Notes: generated from the letters alone by a model not told the origin. A stretch of DNA of 64,000 bases from Sulfolobales archaeon HS-7 (GCA_019704295.1 AP024596.1:1152001-1216000), one strand, 5' to 3'; shown: positions 9,008 to 19,651, numbered from the stretch's first letter. Numbers and translations are program-made.

Positions 9008-10882
9008 ATGTATCTTCTGTTTGCCATAGCCCTATCGATGTTGCTGGTAATGCTATTCTCTATAACGGAGATCGAAAAGTGGAAGAGTGACAGGAGGGTA
9101 TTCCTCTCCTTATATCTAGTAGGAATGATGTTAACTATGAACTTAGGAGGTTACCTATGGTTAGCCTATCACCTCTTCTTCGTCTTCATTGCGCTTAATG
9201 CGGGTTACATGATAGGTGGACTATACGCGATAACTATGTTGGGGGAGATAAGGAAGTCAATAGCCTACATTACGTTCTCAATTCTTATGGTAGCATCTGA
9301 GGTTATTATGGGCTCCCTCTTCTACACCCTGAGTAACAAAGTACCCGCTACATTTAACGCCTCTGTCGAAAATCCGTGGTTTATCGGCGTAATGATCACC
9401 GAAATGTTATACACTATTCTCATATCTTATCGGCGAATGAATAGAACTCTACGCAATTACCTAATAGGCCTTCTGCTTCTCATGCCTTGGTTTCCCGATA
9501 TTTTCGGAGTGAGGGTTTCAACTTGGGTGTCGTCAGCGGTAATGATCGGAGTAACTGTGTTGATCTATGAGACGCTTTACAATAATCGACTTAGAGGCGA
9601 TCAGGAAGTGTACACTACAATAGAGCTAATTGCGATTTTCACTTTAATGATGGCGGGAGATTTCGTTCTCTTTCTTACAGGTTCCCTGGAAATCTTTGAC
9701 CTCTCAATGCTTGGTTCGATGTTATGGTTTATTTACAGGGCTCTATCCGGTCCTAATCCAGTCAAGGGAAATTACATGAGGAACTCTAAAATAGCCTTTA
9801 CCATCGTGGCGTTAACTTTTGTAATGGAGTTCTTTATGGGTGCGACGCTGGATTTCGTTCAGGGAGTATTTGCACCTACTTTGCGTGGGTTTATTTCCAG
9901 CTTAACTCTACCCTGGATAGCTGCTGTAAACCCCGTGGGGGTCTTATGGGACTTCACCGACATAGTGGGTAGCGTTCTCGGAAGTACCTGGTTCTTAATA
10001 ATGATGGGAATTGAGATGGGATTCCTCGCGTTCAAGAAAATGATGGAAATGAGAGTTAGGGAAGTTAGGATAAGGATGATGCTGATGATCGTTGCCTATG
10101 CACTTTACTCGGTTTACCTACCATCGTTCTCACCGATATCATCTAAAATACAGTTAATACCCTATATGTGGTCTATGGGGGTAGGAACTCTGGGTCCTGT
10201 CACCGGAGCTGTTTTAGGAGGACTAATCGGTACATACGTTATATACGCTGTCCTTTCCTTCCTCTTTGGGAGTAGGAATCTTTGCGCTATTTCCTGTACT
10301 GCCCCTCTAATGTATCAAGGTAACTTCTATGATTCCCTAAAGGTATATAACAGGAGTTCTTCACTAGGGAGGAAGACGTTAACCTCAAAACTCTCTTCGT
10401 TGTATAAGGCAGTGGCATTAGGAGTTTCATTACTAGTCTTGATATCAGCTGTGTTATCCTACCTCAGCGGGATCAAGGTTATTTCATTCTCTATATTCGG
10501 AACGGACATTACCGTGCTGATTTACTTCATATGGTTTGACGTGATCTGGTACGTTCTTTTCCTATCTATTCCTTTTCTAGGGACTTTCTCTTGCGTTACC
10601 TCAGGGTATTGTTATTGGGGAGTTTTCAATCAGGCGGTGAGTAGGATAGGCCTTTTTAGATTAAAGGTAAGAGACCCTAAGACGTGTTTGAACTGCAAAA
10701 CCGTCGACTGCGCTAACGCCTGCCCCGTGGGGTTGACAGATATGAGGGGAGAATTCCTAAGGAAAGGTGAGTTTAGATCTATGAAGTGTATAGGATTGGG
10801 CGAATGCGTTGATGCCTGTCCCTACGATAACATCTTCTTTTATGACGTGAGGAATTGGGTTAAGGAGAAGTTCAGGGGTTAA
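9008..10882 (+). CDS. Polytopic membrane protein with C-terminal 4Fe-4S dicluster (NapH/MauN-like tail)
   Basis: Many TM segments; CLNCKTVDCANACP and CIGLGECVDACP clusters; ATG at 9008 preferred over TTG at 8990. Confidence 0.82.
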   Translation: MYLLFAIALSMLLVMLFSITEIEKWKSDRRVFLSLYLVGMMLTMNLGGYLWLAYHLFFVFIALNAGYMIGGLYAITMLGEIRKSIAYITFSILMVASEVIMGSLFYTLSNKVPATFNASVENPWFIGVMITEMLYTILISYRRMNRTLRNYLIGLLLLMPWFPDIFGVRVSTWVSSAVMIGVTVLIYETLYNNRLRGDQEVYTTIELIAIFTLMMAGDFVLFLTGSLEIFDLSMLGSMLWFIYRALSGPNPVKGNYMRNSKIAFTIVALTFVMEFFMGATLDFVQGVFAPTLRGFISSLTLPWIAAVNPVGVLWDFTDIVGSVLGSTWFLIMMGIEMGFLAFKKMMEMRVREVRIRMMLMIVAYALYSVYLPSFSPISSKIQLIPYMWSMGVGTLGPVTGAVLGGLIGTYVIYAVLSFLFGSRNLCAISCTAPLMYQGNFYDSLKVYNRSSSLGRKTLTSKLSSLYKAVALGVSLLVLISAVLSYLSGIKVISFSIFGTDITVLIYFIWFDVIWYVLFLSIPFLGTFSCVTSGYCYWGVFNQAVSRIGLFRLKVRDPKTCLNCKTVDCANACPVGLTDMRGEFLRKGEFRSMKCIGLGECVDACPYDNIFFYDVRNWVKEKFRG

Positions 10883-10885
10883 CAC

Positions 10886-11644
10886 TTGCTAATTCTGGCG
10901 TCTATAGCAGGAGTAATGGTCGCGATAATAGTTTTTTTGCTCTATGAGGCTTTGAAAACTACAACACTTCTTCATCTCCTCCTCGTATATTTCGGATTTT
11001 TCATGATGATCGTTATGTTCATTAGTGCCTTCATCTACTTAGAGAACCCATCAAGGTTCTCAATCGGAGTTGCAATCGCGTTTAGTAACGTAACCATGAT
11101 AGGATTTCTGGTTTACCTTTTCGATAAAGTAAGAAAGAAGAGCTTCTCAGGTCTAACCACGGGGACGCTAATCGTACTGTCAATTCTAGCCGTGTTGAGC
11201 GAGGTAACTATGAGCCTTACCTTCGGGGTAGTATATTACGGAGTACACGCATTCGGGACTCTATACAGTTCCTTTTATTACGCAGTAAATAGCCCCTGGT
11301 TTTTCTATCCTATGATGACAGAGATGATCTCCTTATTTCTGATAGAGTACGTATCGGGAACTACGCACAGGGAACTACTCCCGCTCATTGGGATAGCGGC
11401 TTTTCCCCCTACCATTTTTGACTTTAACCAATGGGTCTACACTGCAGTTGTCATGTCGATTGTTTTCTCAGTTTTGGGAATTATTTCCTCTAAGGACGAA
11501 CTTAGACTTGTATACGTTTTGATAGGCATTTCCGCAATACTAACTGAAAGGTGGGCGATTCCATATGATGTTGTGATTTTAATTTCCATGACAGTGTATT
11601 ACTTCTTTCTATTGGAGAGAAATCCCGGCGCAACACTTTCCTGA
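10886..11644 (+). CDS. Uncharacterised membrane protein paralogous to the N-terminal domain of the upstream gene
   Basis: Hydrophobic; shares the WFxxxMxxEM motif; 3 bp gap to the upstream gene. Confidence 0.75.
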   Translation: MLILASIAGVMVAIIVFLLYEALKTTTLLHLLLVYFGFFMMIVMFISAFIYLENPSRFSIGVAIAFSNVTMIGFLVYLFDKVRKKSFSGLTTGTLIVLSILAVLSEVTMSLTFGVVYYGVHAFGTLYSSFYYAVNSPWFFYPMMTEMISLFLIEYVSGTTHRELLPLIGIAAFPPTIFDFNQWVYTAVVMSIVFSVLGIISSKDELRLVYVLIGISAILTERWAIPYDVVILISMTVYYFFLLERNPGATLS

Positions 11645-11737
11645 TCCTAACGTAAGTGTGCTGTTGTGATTAGTTATGAGGATTAAAAATCTCAATTTAG
11701 TTCATATTATTAACTCACCAAAATCAGGAAAGTGCTT

Positions 11738-12469
11738 CTAGAGATCTAATTCAAGGTAAATAGGAGCGTGGTCAGATCCTGTAACCTTTTCGAGGATGTT
11801 TGCGTATTTTAAGTCGTCTCTCAACCCCTCTGATACAAGGCAATAATCGATCCTCCATCCTTCATTCCTTTCCCTAGCTTTCGTCACATAACTCCACCAT
11901 GTATACCTATCCCTCTCCCTATGAAACACCCTGAAGGTATCAATGAAGCCCTGTTCAAGGATATGCCTTAACCACGACCTCTCCTCGGGAGTTTGCCCAG
12001 GGAGCGTCGGATTTATGTACGCAGCGTCCCAGTCCTCTAGTATGGCATTAAAGTCCCCACATATTATAACCTCCTTTTCCCTTCTTAAATTAATAAGGAA
12101 TTTTTCAATAGCATAGTTGAATTCCATTTTATATTTTAACCTGGAGAGATTATCTCCTGCTCTAGGGAAGTAAGCGTTTACTGCGAAAAATTTCTCAAAT
12201 TCTAAGGTGAGAACTCTCCCCTCCCTATCGAATTCCTCGCCTATCCCCTTAATCACCCTCTTCGGCGGGAACCTTGAAAAAGTCATGACCCCACTATACC
12301 CTTTTTTCTCCGCTGGAAATAGGTAGACATTATACTCAAGCATTAGAGGAACTTCGTTAGTTCGGGCTTCCTGAATCATGATTATGTCATAACCGGTGAC
12401 TACGTCATCGAAGCCTTTCCTAGCTATAGATTTAAAACCGTTAACGTTCCAAGATAATATCCTTATCAT
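11738..12469 (-). CDS. xth: Exodeoxyribonuclease III / AP endonuclease
   Basis: SWNVNG, IQE, GDFN, GWRIDY and GSDHAP motifs. Confidence 0.95.
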   Translation of the reverse strand: MIRILSWNVNGFKSIARKGFDDVVTGYDIIMIQEARTNEVPLMLEYNVYLFPAEKKGYSGVMTFSRFPPKRVIKGIGEEFDREGRVLTLEFEKFFAVNAYFPRAGDNLSRLKYKMEFNYAIEKFLINLRREKEVIICGDFNAILEDWDAAYINPTLPGQTPEERSWLRHILEQGFIDTFRVFHRERDRYTWWSYVTKARERNEGWRIDYCLVSEGLRDDLKYANILEKVTGSDHAPIYLELDL

Positions 12470-12504
12470 CTGTATGTAATGTGCATGTAGGTATTAAAAA
12501 AGAT

Positions 12505-12837
12505 TCAGAAAGTTATAATCTGATAACCCTGGTTTACAAAATACGAAAGCCTTTCACCGAAATTTGAAAGACGTAATCCGAGTTGCGTCAACTGAGGCTT
12601 TATCCCCTTTGCCTCCGCTATTCCCACACACGCTGAGTCAACTACATCTGCCTTTATTAGTTCGTCAAACATTTGCTTTATATCCCCCGATAGCTTAGTT
12701 ACTCTCTCCTGGGCTGGGCCAAAAAATAACACCTTCGTGTCCTCGTATCTGTTGTTTTTCATTGACGTATATGCTACCCTAATTCCTAGGTCGCACTTCT
12801 CATCTCCTGACATAATTAAGAACAGAACTTTTGTCAT
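12505..12837 (-). CDS. DsrE-family protein
   Basis: VLFFGPA, SAC cysteine and GYQIITF C-terminus typical of DsrE-like proteins. Confidence 0.75.
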   Translation of the reverse strand: MTKVLFLIMSGDEKCDLGIRVAYTSMKNNRYEDTKVLFFGPAQERVTKLSGDIKQMFDELIKADVVDSACVGIAEAKGIKPQLTQLGLRLSNFGERLSYFVNQGYQIITF

Positions 12838-12883
12838 AAACGATTCTTTACATGACGAAATAAAAGATTGAGTTTATGTTTTT

Positions 12884-13213
12884 CTATGTTCCCTTGTACA
12901 GTTTAGATGCAACTTTTTTCCCTTCTTTTGTAAGTTGGTAATACACTCCCTTAGGCTTACCATCCATCATTCTAGCCTTTACCTTTAACCATGGTTTTAC
13001 TGAAGAGGTGGGCGATCTCTTTAGTTGACCTCGAAATACCTCTAAGTATCCTAGATCTACAAGTTGCTTGCATACCTTTTCTATCGCCTCCTCATCATAT
13101 ACAGGTGAGTAACCGCTTTTGCCGTTAAGTCTCCTAGCCATATACCATGGACTGTCAGGACCGTATTTGTATATGTGTATTAGAATAGATTTGGCTAAGT
13201 CGTCCATGCGCAT
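12884..13213 (-). CDS. Winged-helix protein (DUF2250-like)
   Basis: ILIHIYKYGPDSP and YYQLTKEGK wing motif. Confidence 0.65.
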   Translation of the reverse strand: MRMDDLAKSILIHIYKYGPDSPWYMARRLNGKSGYSPVYDEEAIEKVCKQLVDLGYLEVFRGQLKRSPTSSVKPWLKVKARMMDGKPKGVYYQLTKEGKKVASKLYKGT

Positions 13214-13275
13214 CTCCTCCGTGGTTCTACAAAAGACTTTTCACCTTCTGAAAAGAAAAGGTTGTAGGTGGAAAA

Positions 13276-14001
13276 GTGCCCTGTCAGGGAGTGCATAGGG
13301 TTCTAGCAGGTCCAATTGAGTTTCCCGAGTTCTCCTCAGTTTTCGTTATATGCGATGAGAAGGTAGTAGTGATCGACGGTGGGGTTCCGAATTCAACTAT
13401 GGACGCAGGTTTCCTTAACCAGGTTGACTACCTAGTTATTACTCACGCTCATGTAGATCACTTAGGCACCTTAAGGGAGATCGTTAGCAGATACAAACCT
13501 AAAATACTCATTTCTGAGCAAGAGTACCAGAGGATGGATTTCGAGAAAATTAACTCAGAGGGACGGGAAATCTACAAAGATCTAATGGAATTCTTCGGGG
13601 AAGCGGAGAAGGTAGAGGGGGAATTTGTCATAGTCGATGAGGACGATGAGTTTCCCTTGGGGGAGAACACGTTGAGAGTTATTTACTCTCCTGGTCACTC
13701 AAAGGGACATATATCAGTAATGATAGGGAACTTTCTTTATGCCGGCGACGCATTAGGGGCTATATTCAACGGAAGGTATTTTCCCCTGCTATTAAGAGGT
13801 TCTTCAAGGGAACAATATTACAGCTCGATTAGGAAATTACTTGAGTATAATCCAAGCATGATTGGATTAAGCCACGGAGGTCTACTTCCTTTCAGTGATG
13901 TGGAGAGGTCGATTAAGGAGAACTCTCCCCCCGGGGATTTCGGACTTGGAGGTACTGCGGAGGAAATCGCGAGGAAGTTCTCCTCCCTTTTCGTATATTA
14001 G
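13276..14001 (+). CDS. Metallo-beta-lactamase fold hydrolase
   Basis: THAHVDH, PGHSKGH, GDA and SHG metal ligands. Confidence 0.9.
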   Translation: MPCQGVHRVLAGPIEFPEFSSVFVICDEKVVVIDGGVPNSTMDAGFLNQVDYLVITHAHVDHLGTLREIVSRYKPKILISEQEYQRMDFEKINSEGREIYKDLMEFFGEAEKVEGEFVIVDEDDEFPLGENTLRVIYSPGHSKGHISVMIGNFLYAGDALGAIFNGRYFPLLLRGSSREQYYSSIRKLLEYNPSMIGLSHGGLLPFSDVERSIKENSPPGDFGLGGTAEEIARKFSSLFVY

Positions 14002-14555
14002 AGGAGGAATGTTCTAGATTTGTGAGAGACTAGTTTAGAAATGTAGTTCTTTAACGTATCATCGCATGCTCCTGCTAAGACCTTTTTCTCTAACTCCTTG
14101 TCTTTCCTGATCTCCTTTAACTCCGATTGTATCCTACCGTATTCCTCTTGGGGAATAATGGTAGTAACCGGTGTAGCCCTCAGGTCCTTAGCCACTATGG
14201 CTGCAGCTACCGACATTGCTTTCCTTCCTCCCGTAAAGTCAACGTAATCTCCGGGCTGAACTTTATTACGAAGTTCCCTTCTTATTACCTCGTAATCTTC
14301 CTTTGAGGTTACATCGCTCATAGGAAGGGGGATCTCAGCTATGCTTACCTTCTCGTTAAGGCACAGGAATATTTTCATTACCAATTTACCCGCCAACTGA
14401 ACCTCTGGATCCGCCGTCTTTACAACGTAGACCTCATCTATGGTAACTGGATACACGTTTTCTCCCTCGTAATTTCCGGTTGTTAAGTTCTTGTAAGTTT
14501 CGTAAATTCCACCAGGAGATGTTCCTAACGTAGCAACTAGTTTTACCATAGACAT
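13998..14555 (-). CDS. crn1: CRISPR-associated ring nuclease Crn1 (stand-alone CARF)
   Basis: VATLGTSPGG and DFTGGRKAMS CARF motifs; size of Sulfolobales Crn1. Confidence 0.85.
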   Translation of the reverse strand: MSMVKLVATLGTSPGGIYETYKNLTTGNYEGENVYPVTIDEVYVVKTADPEVQLAGKLVMKIFLCLNEKVSIAEIPLPMSDVTSKEDYEVIRRELRNKVQPGDYVDFTGGRKAMSVAAAIVAKDLRATPVTTIIPQEEYGRIQSELKEIRKDKELEKKVLAGACDDTLKNYISKLVSHKSRTFLL

Positions 14556-14737
14556 ATTGTAACGTACTTCCTTATAAAATTGGATTTTACGATAAACATC
14601 ACGTAACGCTTAGAGAAAGGGAAGTAAATTACGTAATTAAACGAATTCTTGACTGACGTATTTTATGAGTTATCTCCGTAATTGTTCGCGTTACTCAAGA
14701 GCTAAACTCTACCCGGTTTACCATAGCCTTTATACAC

Positions 14738-15148
14738 CTAAGAGGAAAGCGACTCCTTCTTCAGCGCGTCAAGAACTATCTTTCTGAATAGTTCGTCCAG
14801 TTCCTTTCCCATTTCCCCTAGACCCCATTTTTCAAAGACCTCAGCGGGGTCCCTATACTCAACGTACACCTCTCCTCCGTCCTCATAAACGTATATCCTC
14901 AGTGGCGGTTCTATTCCGGCTCTTATTTGCGTTGATATTACCCTGTAGGCAAGATCAGGTCTAAACACCTCGAATATGTAATTTCCGCCTACTTTGAAAC
15001 CGGCTTTTCTCATCCTCTCTCCAGCATCTATCTTATTAACTATAACCATGTGGTTCTCGGTTACGGATTTCTCGATCCTACTCAGGGTGCTGGAAAAATC
15101 GTAGGGAGATTTGAATACCTCCATATACGAGTTTTTTAAAAAATCCAA
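14738..15148 (-). CDS. DUF302 family protein
   Basis: PLRIYVYEDGGEVYVEY motif; alternative ATG start at 15124. Confidence 0.8.
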   Translation of the reverse strand: MDFLKNSYMEVFKSPYDFSSTLSRIEKSVTENHMVIVNKIDAGERMRKAGFKVGGNYIFEVFRPDLAYRVISTQIRAGIEPPLRIYVYEDGGEVYVEYRDPAEVFEKWGLGEMGKELDELFRKIVLDALKKESLSS

Positions 15149-15160
15149 ATAAAGTTAACT

Positions 15161-17191
15161 TCACTTGGCGGTTATTCTACGAAAGGGCTTGGTAACGTTT
15201 ATCGAAACTCCCTTCTCGTTGTAATCGAAAGGAACCTCGACACCGTCAACCTTTACTTCCCTGGGGACAACATTCCAATGAACTTTACTCACGTAAAGTG
15301 GTTCGGAAGTCTCGATCTCGTTCTCGTTGAATCTTACGATAACGTTGTTTACCCTTATTTCACCTTTTCCTGCTATGAAAAACCCGTCCCTTAGCTGTAC
15401 GAGGGAATTATCCCTAACGTATATTGGGAGATCGTTCTCCGAGTTCACATATCCTGAGTACTCCCTCATGGTCCAAAAGCTTATCCACTTTCCAGGCAAA
15501 TAGACACTCCTATTTTCCTTCCCTTTCTCTATAACAGGAGCGAAGAGTATTGAGGAACCGGCCATGTACTCGTCATCTACATAGCAGGAATCCTCATCTT
15601 CCTGAAATTCGTAAAAGAGAGGTCTAACGAAGAGAGTACCTTCCCTGCTGACCTCTTTCATTACCTCAGTTAAATAAGGAAGGAACCTATATCTGAGGGA
15701 AATTGTCTCGATCACTCTTCGCTTGTAGTATGAGGGGAGATAAATCGCCTCTACGTTAGTTCCATCTGTTGCCTTATGGGTTCTGTAAATAGGGAAAAAT
15801 AAAGCCATTTGATACTGCCTTAATAGCAATTCGTAAGAACTGTCGGAGGTCGAGGGACCTCTTCCCTGAAATCCGCCTATGTCTATTCCTACATAGGGAA
15901 TACCTGAAATCGACATCCCCAAAACCATCTGTAATTGCAATCTGAGCTGATCCCAGGAAGAGGTACTGTCTCCTGTCCAGGACGCTGCGTACCGTTGAAT
16001 ACCGGCAAATCCGGATCTGGAGAGAATGAAGGGCTTTTTCCCGGCTTTTAAAAGGCCCTCATGAGTTGCCATGGCTTGATAAAGGGGATAGGCGTTCCTG
16101 ACCTCATTGTGTAATATCTCCTTTCCTCTGAATACGTGGACAACGTCATCATCGAATGCGGTAAGGAATCTATCATCCCTTAACGCAATTCTCCCTAATT
16201 CTCCCTCGGGATGGGTTAGCCTAGAAAAGTCCGTAGGCTCGTTCATATCAAGCCAAATTCCGTCAATTCCTTGACTTACCCACCTCCTTATTTCCTCAGA
16301 CCACCAATCCCTGGTTTCCTCCTTGAAGAAGTCAGGGTATGCCGAGGAGCCCGGCCACATCCATCCTACGTAAAGCTCCCCGCTTCTCCTCTTACAGTAC
16401 TTACCCATCCCCCTTAAAAATACGTCATACTCCTGTTCTACCCTAACCGAGTGATCCACGATTGTTATTAGTTTGATTCCCCTTTCACTCAGTTGCCTAA
16501 TGAAATCTTGAGGATTGGGAAACCTCTCCTTATTCCAGGTAAATAGCTTAAAATTCTCCATGAAGTCTATGTCCAGAAATACTGCTGACACCTCAACGCC
16601 TTCCTTTTTCATTTCATCTAAGAGTTCTATTACTCTGTCCTGTGGGAAGTAGGTGTATCGAGACATCATGTATCCTAGAGACCACTCAGGTAACTCGGTA
16701 GGCATTCCCGTCAATTGGAAGTACCTCTTAATAACATCTTTAATTCTCGGTCCTTCTATAACGTAGAACTCTATTCCCGAAGACGGTACATTAACTATCA
16801 ATTTTGAGTAATCTGAAAACCCTATATCAAATTCAATTTTGGAAGCAGAATTAAAGAAAAAACCTGTAGCCTTATCGCCATTTACCGAGATTACGAAGGG
16901 GACGTTAAGGTACATCGGATCCTGATACTTAACGTAAACTCCAGGGTCTACATTCCACATAACGTATTTTTTGTGGTTCCTATCCAACTCAAAGGTCTTT
17001 TCTCCTAAGCCGAAAATCCTCTCCTTTAGCCCGAGCTTCTTTACGACAGTTGTTTCATTCCTCATCGTTAGACCAAAGTCCTCTGGGGTTACGTCGACCT
17101 TTGCGAACTCCGATTTAATGTCTAAGGCTGGAATAGGTTCATTTATTTCGAATTTAGTTATTCCCTCACTTTTATAGGATTTAATTTTCAC
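15161..17191 (-). CDS. malA: Alpha-glucosidase, GH31
   Basis: WLDMNEP nucleophile motif, WTGD, DIGGF. Confidence 0.9.
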   Translation of the reverse strand: MKIKSYKSEGITKFEINEPIPALDIKSEFAKVDVTPEDFGLTMRNETTVVKKLGLKERIFGLGEKTFELDRNHKKYVMWNVDPGVYVKYQDPMYLNVPFVISVNGDKATGFFFNSASKIEFDIGFSDYSKLIVNVPSSGIEFYVIEGPRIKDVIKRYFQLTGMPTELPEWSLGYMMSRYTYFPQDRVIELLDEMKKEGVEVSAVFLDIDFMENFKLFTWNKERFPNPQDFIRQLSERGIKLITIVDHSVRVEQEYDVFLRGMGKYCKRRSGELYVGWMWPGSSAYPDFFKEETRDWWSEEIRRWVSQGIDGIWLDMNEPTDFSRLTHPEGELGRIALRDDRFLTAFDDDVVHVFRGKEILHNEVRNAYPLYQAMATHEGLLKAGKKPFILSRSGFAGIQRYAASWTGDSTSSWDQLRLQLQMVLGMSISGIPYVGIDIGGFQGRGPSTSDSSYELLLRQYQMALFFPIYRTHKATDGTNVEAIYLPSYYKRRVIETISLRYRFLPYLTEVMKEVSREGTLFVRPLFYEFQEDEDSCYVDDEYMAGSSILFAPVIEKGKENRSVYLPGKWISFWTMREYSGYVNSENDLPIYVRDNSLVQLRDGFFIAGKGEIRVNNVIVRFNENEIETSEPLYVSKVHWNVVPREVKVDGVEVPFDYNEKGVSINVTKPFRRITAK

Positions 17192-17491
17192 ACAGAAATG
17201 TATACAGTCTCAAAGTAATATAGGTTTTTAGGATAACTCTTATGGAAGTAATCTAGTCTATTCCTTTAGGAAACAGTGAGTTGATACTACGTAACGTAAT
17301 CAGCAGCGGAGTCCTATACTTAAAAGTTAATTCTGTTACTTTTCATCTTATATCTTGATTTATAGAGATGTTTTATAACTTTTTACTTTATCTAGTTATT
17401 AACATTAATTACGCTTTAACACTGTTACGGATATTTGTAAGAAATACTATAAGTATTATTCATTAAGAATATTTAGTATTTTGAAAAAAAC

Positions 17492-19651
17492 TTATAGTAC
17501 CCCTAGATGGAAAAGCGTCTGCCCGTTAACGGGCATTCTATATATCTTTTGTCCTATTGCGTCTTCTATAGCATTTACTACAGCTGGAGTTGCTGCTATT
17601 GCCCCCAATTCACCTATTCCCTTAGAGCCTATCGGTGTATCTGACTTGGAGAGGGATAGGGATTTCCATACTACGTTGGGCCCCTCTACGCTCGTGGGTA
17701 AGGCATAAGTTGAGAAATCTGCAGTCATGGGATTTCCATTCTCATCGTAAATTACTTCTTCTAATATTGCCTGGGCAACCCCCTGAAGTACTCCCCCATG
17801 CACCTGACCTTCTGCGAGGAGAGGATTAACCACTACCCCTACGTCATCTAATGCCACGTAACCTTCAATCTTGATCTCTCCCGTTTCCTTTACGACAACC
17901 AGTGCGATATGTAATCCGTAGGGAGAGGTGTACATTTTCTGTACGTAAGAGTACGATTCCTCTAGCAGAACTCCCATAAGAGCCGAGCCGTCCGCTAATT
18001 CCTTCAACGAAATTTCCTTTTTAGACTTTTCATCGAAGAACTTCCCATTAGCATAAGTTACCTCATCTATCTTAGCACCTAACCTCTCAGCTGCCAACCT
18101 TCTCATTTTCTCCAACAATCTGTTGCTAGCCTCGTAAACTGCAGAGCCTCCAACGGTTACCGTCCTACTACCTGCCGTATACTGACCATCTGCAATGAGG
18201 TCTGTATCCCCCCATAGTACTTCTATGTCTTCCATGGGGATCTGGAGTACTTCTGCCGCAATTTGAGCGAAGGCAGTCCCATCTCCCTGCCCGTGTGGTG
18301 AGGAACCGCTGATAACCTGAACCTTCCCCCCAGGGAGGACTCTAACTTTTGCGGTTTCATATGGTCCAAAGGAAGCTATCTCTGCAGGGAATGACATTCC
18401 GATTCCCGCTCTTTCCCCTCTTAGTCTAAGTTCGTCCTTCTTCTTCAATAATTCCTCGAAATACGGCTTTGCTATCTTTAGTACCTCCTGGTATTTTCCG
18501 CTATCGTGGGTTATCCTCAGTCCTGTCGTAAGGTAATTTGCCTCTTTTATCGCATTAATTTCCCTTATTGAGAACTGATCGATATTAAGTTCCATAGCCC
18601 CAATGTTCATTATCCTCTCTATGAAATAGCTTCCCTCAGGTCTCCCCGCTCCTCTATAAGGACCTATGGGAGTAGTATTGGTATTTACGCCAAGAACTTC
18701 AATTTTTACGTTGTTAACGTCGTAGTGACCCGTTATCATCTGGGCTGCAGTAGTGGCCATCTCAAACGAGCCCTCATTTACTTCCCTAATGGGTGCCCCT
18801 ACGTTAAAGTAAAGCGTGCCCTTAATCCCCAGTAACTTCCCCTCGGATGTGAACCCTGCGGAGAAATCTAATATCATATCCCTTCCATGAGTCGTAGAGA
18901 CCATATCCTCAGTTCTGGTGTTAAACCACTTGATTGGCTTTCCCGTAATTACGCTCAAAAGGGCAACTGCAAAGTCCTCGGGGTAAGTCATGAGCTTACT
19001 CCCAAATGCTCCTCCCACAGAAGGCTGTATAACCCTTACGTCATTAACTCCGTAGTTCTTTAAAAAGCGTTCAAGGTCCTTCTTAACGAAGAATACGCTC
19101 TGCGTAGAACTCCAGTAGGTTAGTTTCCTACCGTCATACCTAGCAACTCCTCCCCTAGGTTCCATCGCTGAAGGAATCAAGCGCTGATTTACAAGTCTTC
19201 CAGATACGATCTTTTCCGCTCTTCTAAAGGCCTCATCTACGTCACCTGAGGAGACCTCTTCCCTTTTAAAAACGTTGGAGTTGAGAGTTGACTTTGACTT
19301 TCTGGAGCCGTTCTTTGAGGCCTCTATGGGATCAGTTACTGCGTCCAATGAAGTGTACTCTACTTCGACTTTCTCAGCTTCGTCCCGTGCGGCATAGGGA
19401 TCTTTGTTTAGAACTACAGCGATAGGCTGTCCGAAGTAAACTGCCTCGTCATCTTTAGTTCCCAAAAGTTCAGACACGCTGTAGCAGTTACCTGAACAGT
19501 TCTTTAACTTAAATTTCGCATGGGCGAATTGACTTCTTATGAAATAAGCGTGTAAACTCCCTGGAGGCGTTATATCGTATACGTAATTAGCCCCTCCAGT
19601 TATTAGTTGCGGATCCTCTATCCTCTTAATCGCTTTACCTATGTAACGCAT
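17492..19651 (-). CDS. Xanthine dehydrogenase-family molybdopterin-binding large subunit (CutA/CoxL-like)
   Basis: GGAFGSK, YRGAGRPE, HGQG, GQVHGG and KGIGE motifs. Confidence 0.92.
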   Translation of the reverse strand: MRYIGKAIKRIEDPQLITGGANYVYDITPPGSLHAYFIRSQFAHAKFKLKNCSGNCYSVSELLGTKDDEAVYFGQPIAVVLNKDPYAARDEAEKVEVEYTSLDAVTDPIEASKNGSRKSKSTLNSNVFKREEVSSGDVDEAFRRAEKIVSGRLVNQRLIPSAMEPRGGVARYDGRKLTYWSSTQSVFFVKKDLERFLKNYGVNDVRVIQPSVGGAFGSKLMTYPEDFAVALLSVITGKPIKWFNTRTEDMVSTTHGRDMILDFSAGFTSEGKLLGIKGTLYFNVGAPIREVNEGSFEMATTAAQMITGHYDVNNVKIEVLGVNTNTTPIGPYRGAGRPEGSYFIERIMNIGAMELNIDQFSIREINAIKEANYLTTGLRITHDSGKYQEVLKIAKPYFEELLKKKDELRLRGERAGIGMSFPAEIASFGPYETAKVRVLPGGKVQVISGSSPHGQGDGTAFAQIAAEVLQIPMEDIEVLWGDTDLIADGQYTAGSRTVTVGGSAVYEASNRLLEKMRRLAAERLGAKIDEVTYANGKFFDEKSKKEISLKELADGSALMGVLLEESYSYVQKMYTSPYGLHIALVVVKETGEIKIEGYVALDDVGVVVNPLLAEGQVHGGVLQGVAQAILEEVIYDENGNPMTADFSTYALPTSVEGPNVVWKSLSLSKSDTPIGSKGIGELGAIAATPAVVNAIEDAIGQKIYRMPVNGQTLFHLGVL

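Noticed and set aside
17492-19651. Aerobic CO dehydrogenase CoxL form I
   Set aside because: Lacks the AYxCSFR active-site motif
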